From Alphaproteobacteria bacterium UBA2964 (GTDB taxonomy: Bacteria > Pseudomonadota > Alphaproteobacteria > MPNO01 > UBA2964): DNA of 60,688 nucleotides. The stretch is taken from positions 1 to 60,688 of the forward strand of contig CAJJCG010000031.1 in assembly GCA_905182615.1 (NCBI GenBank), given 5' to 3'. A model generated the notes under the pieces. It was not told the origin of the DNA and searched no databases. It saw only the letters and a list, made by a program, of their open reading frames with translations. The position numbers and the translations under genes are program-made. Shown piece by piece: positions 56,019 through 60,688 of the stretch (positions are counted from its first letter, which is position 1; each line of letters starts with the position of its first letter).

Positions 56019-56936
56019 TTAAGGGGAATTGCTTTCAGGCGGAACCTGTTTCCGGAGCATCGCTTCACGGCGCACAATATAGCCGCAGGAGGCTAGAACG
56101 ACGGCACCGCCAGAAATCGCCCAGGCATCCGGTACTTCACCGAAGAAAACAAAGCCAATGCCAACGGCAATTATGATCCGCATGTAGTCCAGTGGCGCGA
56201 TAATCGTCATTTCCCCTGCGGCATAGGCGCGGGTCAGACAATATTGCCCGGTTGAGCCGACAAAACCGAGGGCAAGTAACCAAAGCCATTCCTCGCCTGC
56301 TGGCATCCTAAAATCTAGAGCCGCTGGGATCGCCAGGATGATGAAGCCCCAGAATAGAAAATAGAAAACGATCCGATTTGACGGTTCGGTTTTTGTCAGA
56401 TTCTTCATTGTGGTTAGGGCACAGGTCGCGAGGATCGCGGCCAGCAGAGCGACCAGTGCCGCCGGTTCAATGCCGGTTTGCGGCTGGACAACCATAAGGA
56501 TGCCGCAAAAACCAATGATCGTTGCCAGGGCGCGGCGGAACCGGATGCGTTCGCCGAGAAACAGCGCTGCCATGATGATCGACCAGAGAGGGATCGTGAA
56601 GGTCAGCACTGTCGCGTCAGCCAGGAGCATATGGTGAACGGCGTAAATGCCCGCGAGCAAAGAAGTCGCGCCAAAAAATGCGCGCCAGAAATGGGCAAAT
56701 GGCCGTTCAGTTTTCAAAACGCCAATGCCGTTGATGGCTACCCAGGGAAGCATAAACATCAGACTCGTGAAAAATCTGAACATGCCGACTTCAGCGATGG
56801 GCAGGGTTTGCATGAGAACTTTGGCAATCCCGAACATGCCGGTCAGCAGGGAAACGGCAACCAACATCCACAAGACACCGAGGACATTTGAACTTATGCC
56901 GGTGCGGCGGGCCGCATTTTCGGATTCATTTGACAA
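56019..56936 (-). CDS. DMT-superfamily (EamA-like) transporter
   Basis: 305 aa with about ten hydrophobic helices in two repeated halves. Confidence 0.7.
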   Translation of the reverse strand: MSNESENAARRTGISSNVLGVLWMLVAVSLLTGMFGIAKVLMQTLPIAEVGMFRFFTSLMFMLPWVAINGIGVLKTERPFAHFWRAFFGATSLLAGIYAVHHMLLADATVLTFTIPLWSIIMAALFLGERIRFRRALATIIGFCGILMVVQPQTGIEPAALVALLAAILATCALTTMKNLTKTEPSNRIVFYFLFWGFIILAIPAALDFRMPAGEEWLWLLALGFVGSTGQYCLTRAYAAGEMTIIAPLDYMRIIIAVGIGFVFFGEVPDAWAISGGAVVLASCGYIVRREAMLRKQVPPESNSP

Positions 56937-57096
56937 GAATTTGGGCCTGCGAGGGAGGAAAATGCATGATCCTGAGTATGACGGTCATACCGTAAGGCGG
57001 CTAGGCTGGAAACCGATAAACCCATCACCCTGTTCGAGCCTGATACATCCTGCTTAAATGGCGTTCGACGGCATTTGCCGAATTACGGAGACAGGA

Positions 57097-57411
57097 ATGA
57101 TTTACGAAGAGCGCATATATACAATCAAGCCCGGCACAATGCCTGAATATATGAAAAATTACGAAGAGCTGGGTCTACCGGTCCAAAAAGAAGTTCTCGG
57201 GACACTGGTTGGCTTTTGGCACACGGATGTCGGTGGTCTGAACAAGGTCGTGCATATTTGGGGTTATGACTCACTGGACGATCGGCTGGAAAAGCGCGCT
57301 ATTCTTTCTGCACACCCAGACTGGCCTGCCTATCTGGATGTTGCCTTGCCGCTGATCGTTGAACAGGAAAACCGTGTGCTTATTCCTGCCAGTTTTTCTC
57401 CGGCGAATTAG
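57097..57411 (+). CDS. NIPSNAP-family protein, copy 2
   Basis: The track ORF starts at 57058. ATG 57097, after GGAGACAGGA, gives MIYEERIYTIKPG..., colinear with copy 1. Confidence 0.7.
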   Translation: MIYEERIYTIKPGTMPEYMKNYEELGLPVQKEVLGTLVGFWHTDVGGLNKVVHIWGYDSLDDRLEKRAILSAHPDWPAYLDVALPLIVEQENRVLIPASFSPAN

Positions 57412-57421
57412 GTAATTTGAT

Positions 57422-58180
57422 ATGGCTCGGCTTGAAAATGATGTTGCGATTGTAACCGGTTCGGCGCGGGGTATTGGTGCGGCCTATGCCAAAGCGTTAG
57501 CAGCTGAAGGTGCCAAGGTCGTTGTAGCCGATATCCTAGACCCTGGTTCTACTGTTGAAGAGATTAAAGCGGCAGATGGCACCGCTATCAGCATTGTTTG
57601 CGACGTTACTGACAATGCAGCAATCGATGCCATGATATCGCAGACGGTTTCCGAGTTTGGAAAGATCGATGCGCTGGTCAATAACGCGGCGTTGTTTGCA
57701 GAAATCTCTCATAAAAAGTTCGAAGATATTCCCGATGGCGAATGGGCCAGGGTGATGCAGGTGAATATCGAGGGTGTCTGGCGCGTATCAAAAGCTGTCG
57801 TGCCGCATATGCGGGTGCGGCAATATGGCAAGATCGTCAATGTCGCGTCGACCACCGCACTCAAAGGGACCCCGATGATGCTGCATTACGTGTCATCAAA
57901 AGGCGCCATTCTGGCGATGACGAAAGCGATGGCGCGGGAAGTTGGCGAAGATAATATATGCGTCAACGCGATTGCGCCGGGGCTGGTAGTCAGTGACGGG
58001 CTCGTGGAAGGCGGCAATTGGAGCGACGAGTGGTTCGATAACAATACCAACAGTCGTGCCATCAAACGGCGGGCGATGCCGGAAGATATGGTCGGGACGA
58101 TCGTTTTCCTCTCGTCGCGTGAGGCAAATTTTATTACCGGCCAAACTATGGTGGTTGATGGCGGGTCGATACCGCATTAA
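57422..58180 (+). CDS. SDR-family oxidoreductase, copy 5
   Basis: 252 aa. TGSARGIG, NNAA, YVSSKGA. Confidence 0.85.
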   Translation: MARLENDVAIVTGSARGIGAAYAKALAAEGAKVVVADILDPGSTVEEIKAADGTAISIVCDVTDNAAIDAMISQTVSEFGKIDALVNNAALFAEISHKKFEDIPDGEWARVMQVNIEGVWRVSKAVVPHMRVRQYGKIVNVASTTALKGTPMMLHYVSSKGAILAMTKAMAREVGEDNICVNAIAPGLVVSDGLVEGGNWSDEWFDNNTNSRAIKRRAMPEDMVGTIVFLSSREANFITGQTMVVDGGSIPH

Positions 58181-58248
58181 TTGACTTTTCGCTATCCACC
58201 GCCAAATTCACATGCGAATCTTTGTGCAGAACTAACAGGAGAAAACCA

Positions 58249-58872
58249 ATGGCCGATGATCCAGTTACGGTCGAGATATTCACCGACTATGTGTGACCAT
58301 GGTGTTTTCTCAGTACCGTGCGTATTGAAAAGTTAAAACAGAATTTCAACGTCGATATCAAGTTGGTGCATTTCCCGCTGCATCCCGATACTCCGCTAGA
58401 AGGCCGTTCGATGGCGGATCTCTATGCCGGGCGGGGCACTGATCCCGACGAGATGTATCGTCAGATGAAAGAACGGATGGAAGCGGAAGGCCTGCCCTAC
58501 GGCAAACGCACCCATACTTATAACAGCCGCAAGGCACAGGAGCTTGGCAAGTGGGTCGATACGCAAGATAACGGCGACGCGCTGCACGATGCGCTGTACC
58601 GGGCTTATTTCGTCGACACCAAGAATATTGGCGATATCGATGTTCTGGTCGAAATCGCCGATGCAAATGGTTTCGATGGGGCGGAAGTTCGTCAGATTCT
58701 CGAAGACGGCAAGTTTAGTGCCGCTGTTGATGAGGATTGGGCCAAGTCACGCGCTTATGGTGTGACCGGTGTTCCGACCTATGTCGCGGGTGGTTTTGGC
58801 GTGGTTGGTGCGCAACCATATGAAGCGCTTGAACAGCTTATGAGTGAAGTTGGAGCTGTTAAAGTTGGTTAG
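58249..58872 (+). CDS. DsbA/FrnE-family thiol:disulfide oxidoreductase with in-frame TGA at the first CxxC position (candidate selenoprotein, U-P-W-C)
   Basis: AGGAG at 58238-58242 precedes ATG 58249. The frame reads MADDPVTVEIFTDYV-TGA-PWCFLSTVRIEKLKQNF... and continues in phase into track ORF 58318..58872. That body (VTGVPTYV, FrnE-like) is DsbA family. Confidence 0.6.
58294..58296 (+). other. candidate selenocysteine (UGA) recoding codon
   Basis: The TGA sits exactly where D-x-x-C-P-W-C places the nucleophilic Cys. A hairpin follows immediately: stem 58298-58303 paired with 58315-58320, and an 11-nt loop starting GU. Confidence 0.5.
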
Positions 58873-58934
58873 CTAGGTTGGTTCTGTTGAATTTCAGAGT
58901 GGACATATAATTCCGAGGTTAAATTTCCAGAGTT

Positions 58935-58966
58935 TGAGGCGGTGGCCTCATGCTCTGGTTTATTTG
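58935..58966 (+). terminator. candidate intrinsic terminator after the DsbA-like gene
   Basis: TGAGGC-GGTG-GCCTCA is a perfect 6-bp stem, followed by the T-rich TGCTCTGGTTTATTTG. Confidence 0.35.
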
Positions 58967-59197
58967 TCTAATGTAGACCTTCTACGATAACCGTTATTAA
59001 GAAATAGTTTTTGCTGAGTATCTTAAAGCGTGCGTTCAAAGATCTCTTACGGTACGACGCACTACCCGAAACGGCCGTAATCCGAGAAAAAATTGAAGCG
59101 AATAGAGAAGTTGATCAGCCATTTTGTCCGTCTTCTGAAGGCGATCTTATTTATTCTCTTATCGTCTGCCGTCAGCGGCTATGGAACAAAATAGTGA

Positions 59198-59742
59198 GAT
59201 TGTATACGGGAGGATTTCTGGTTCATCGTAGTGACCGAAGGGAACGAAGATGAGACAGAAATCGCAGACACGACAGACGGGTGTCGCCAAGGCGATCAAG
59301 GACATTCGCCGGACTACCCGCAAGCAGTATGTAACAGTATCTCCGGACAAAATTACCTCCGGCTCACCTTCAGTTTTTGCGCTACTTGGAACTTTATCAT
59401 ATTGAGAAGGATTATCTTCTCGTGCATGCCGGTGTTGCTCCGGGAGTGCCGATTGAAGGTCAAGGGGCCGAAGACTTTCTTTGGATCCGCGAAGAGTTTT
59501 TGCGATCAAAAGCCCATCATGGGCATTGTATTGTCCATGTCCATTCAATCGTTGATATGCCGGAGTTCCTCCTAAATCGGATCGCTATTGGTACCGGTGC
59601 CTATTATATTGGCCGGTTAACATGCCTGATGCTTGAAGGGGATGAGCGCCGGTTTATGCAGACCTTATCTCGGAATTTAGTATCGTGCTGCGTGTTCGAC
59701 ATCAGGGTTTTCTGGATCATTACACAATCTGAAGAGGCGTGA
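59198..59742 (+). pseudogene. decayed PP1/lambda-type metallophosphoesterase (Ser/Thr phosphatase) remnant
   Basis: The C-terminal part (frame of 59377..59742) reads YLLVHAGV.PG...EDFLWIREEF...IVHVHS...NRIAIGTGAYY.GRLTCL. The family motifs VHGHT and DTGA are mutated to VHVHS and GTGA. An upstream piece in another frame reads VVTEGNED (compare RGNHE). Stops and frameshifts separate the pieces. Confidence 0.45.
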
Positions 59743-59960
59743 TTACTGGAAGAGCCTGACGATCTTTTGGATGCGGCAGATGAGCTCGCTAATCTGATTT
59801 CACCCACCCTTGCCGCATATGTGTTGAGTAGCGTAGAGGACCAGAAGGATGAGCCTGTTATAGAGACATCTCGGGTTTCCAAAAACGGGCTGCTTGCTAA
59901 ATTTTCTCTGTCACAGCAGCTCATTGAGCGGAAGTTTTGGCGGGTTCAGGAATTGATGTC

Positions 59961-60688
59961 ATGTTTCTGAAGGGGTTTGCAAACGGGAACAGTTTTTATC
60001 CCGACCCAGTTTTGCGGCAGCAAGGAGATCTCGATTTTCTGATCCGGAAACAGGATTTACAGGCCGTGATAGAGTTTCTGGCTCCTTATGGGTTTGGGTT
60101 TCGGGCCGCGCCCCTAAGTCGTTGGGGTACAATTTATGACGCAGGTTTTGTGCCCGGCATGACCTCTGATGGCAGCTGTGACCTCGATATTCACGTCCAT
60201 CCTGATTATTATCCCGCCCATTGCTCGCTGACGACCGAACGACTGTTTGCTGAATCAATGCTCGTTGGTGCGGGTAGTTTTACCGTGCGGGTTCCGTCGC
60301 ACGAGCACGCTTTACTTTTATGCGTGACGAATATTGCGAAGGACAAGTTTAATGTGTTTAGCATTCGCAAAGTCATCGACGCGATGGTGCTTATACGGGC
60401 AACGCCGAATCTCGACTGTGAAAAAATTATAGAGCTCGCCTCGGAAGGAAGTTTTCTCATGCCAACGCGAGTTTTCTGCTCCCTTCTGCTCGCTCTGGGA
60501 TTTTATCAGAACACGATTCCGGACATATTGCTGAAGCCTGCACCGCGCTGGTGGAAAAAATCATTCCAGACCGTTGTTCGGAGGTTTCGGCGTCTGTTCC
60601 CGGGTGACCCCTCTTTGTTGCCGATTTTATGGCGGGAATGGGCGCTATGCGCAGAGCCGGCTGTTGCATTGTACAATTTGAAGTTACG
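59961..60688 (+). CDS. nucleotidyltransferase-family protein (NTP_transf_5-like), runs off the right edge; N-terminal part appears frameshifted
   Basis: Open frame to the window end, so it is absent from the track. My translation: (LAGSGIDV)MFLKGFANGNSFYPDPVLRQQGDLDFLIRKQDLQAVIEFLAPYGF...DLDIHVH..., i.e. the LKG...Y.dP..R...D.D.L motif of that family. The expected N-terminal ~60 aa sit in another frame (59767..59970). Confidence 0.4.
   Translation, partial: MFLKGFANGNSFYPDPVLRQQGDLDFLIRKQDLQAVIEFLAPYGFGFRAAPLSRWGTIYDAGFVPGMTSDGSCDLDIHVHPDYYPAHCSLTTERLFAESMLVGAGSFTVRVPSHEHALLLCVTNIAKDKFNVFSIRKVIDAMVLIRATPNLDCEKIIELASEGSFLMPTRVFCSLLLALGFYQNTIPDILLKPAPRWWKKSFQTVVRRFRRLFPGDPSLLPILWREWALCAEPAVALYNLKL

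Noticed and set aside
58326-58350. Second hairpin (TTGAAA ... TTTCAA) about 30 nt after the candidate Sec codon, as an alternative SECIS
   Set aside because: The stem is A/U-only and 6 bp, with a 13-nt loop and no G/C support. I cannot distinguish it from chance by eye, so it is left for a proper SECIS model.
1-60688. Looked for CRISPR arrays, rRNA/tRNA genes, integrases, transposases, toxin-antitoxin pairs and known defence-system proteins
   Set aside because: None seen by eye. The only repeat family found is the 30-bp palindrome-bearing unit near the GIY-YIG gene.

Overview
Almost entirely protein-coding 60.7-kb chromosomal segment of about 60 genes. Intergenic spacers are tiny, and several convergent gene pairs have stop codons that touch or overlap. 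From protein families and gene style it looks like a compact-genome, probably marine, alphaproteobacterium; that is inference only. I saw no rRNA, tRNA, CRISPR array, integrase or transposase, and no recognisable transcription factor. Only two transporters are present: a partial LplT-like MFS at the left edge and one DMT/EamA. The window is dominated by repeated families of small-molecule (de)carboxylating and oxidising enzymes, many as adjacent paralogue pairs: 7 thiamine-diphosphate (ThDP) enzymes (5 from one atypical subfamily), 3 UbiD-family decarboxylases, 6 TauD/TfdA Fe(II)/2-oxoglutarate dioxygenases, 5 SDRs, 3 FMN alpha-hydroxy-acid oxidases, 2 OCD/mu-crystallin proteins, and 2 amidohydrolase_2 proteins flanking a Rieske protein. 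It also holds an orphan molybdo-hydroxylase large subunit, a hydantoinase, a canonical prpD-prpB-prpC set and a second PrpD-like/PrpB-like pair. Main second-look items: (1) a DsbA/FrnE-like gene whose CxxC first cysteine position is an in-frame TGA, a candidate selenoprotein that is truncated in the ORF track; (2) the expanded atypical ThDP subfamily with intercalated YciI and DUF3891 genes and an FMN-oxidase/ThDP pair resembling mandelate-pathway logic; (3) a UbiD trio with no UbiX; (4) an amidohydrolase-Rieske-unknown-amidohydrolase operon; (5) a GIY-YIG mini-cassette with inverted repeats and nested palindromes between tandem OCD paralogues; (6) a decayed, AT-richer right end with broken genes. 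All family calls come from motif recognition by eye, with no database search.
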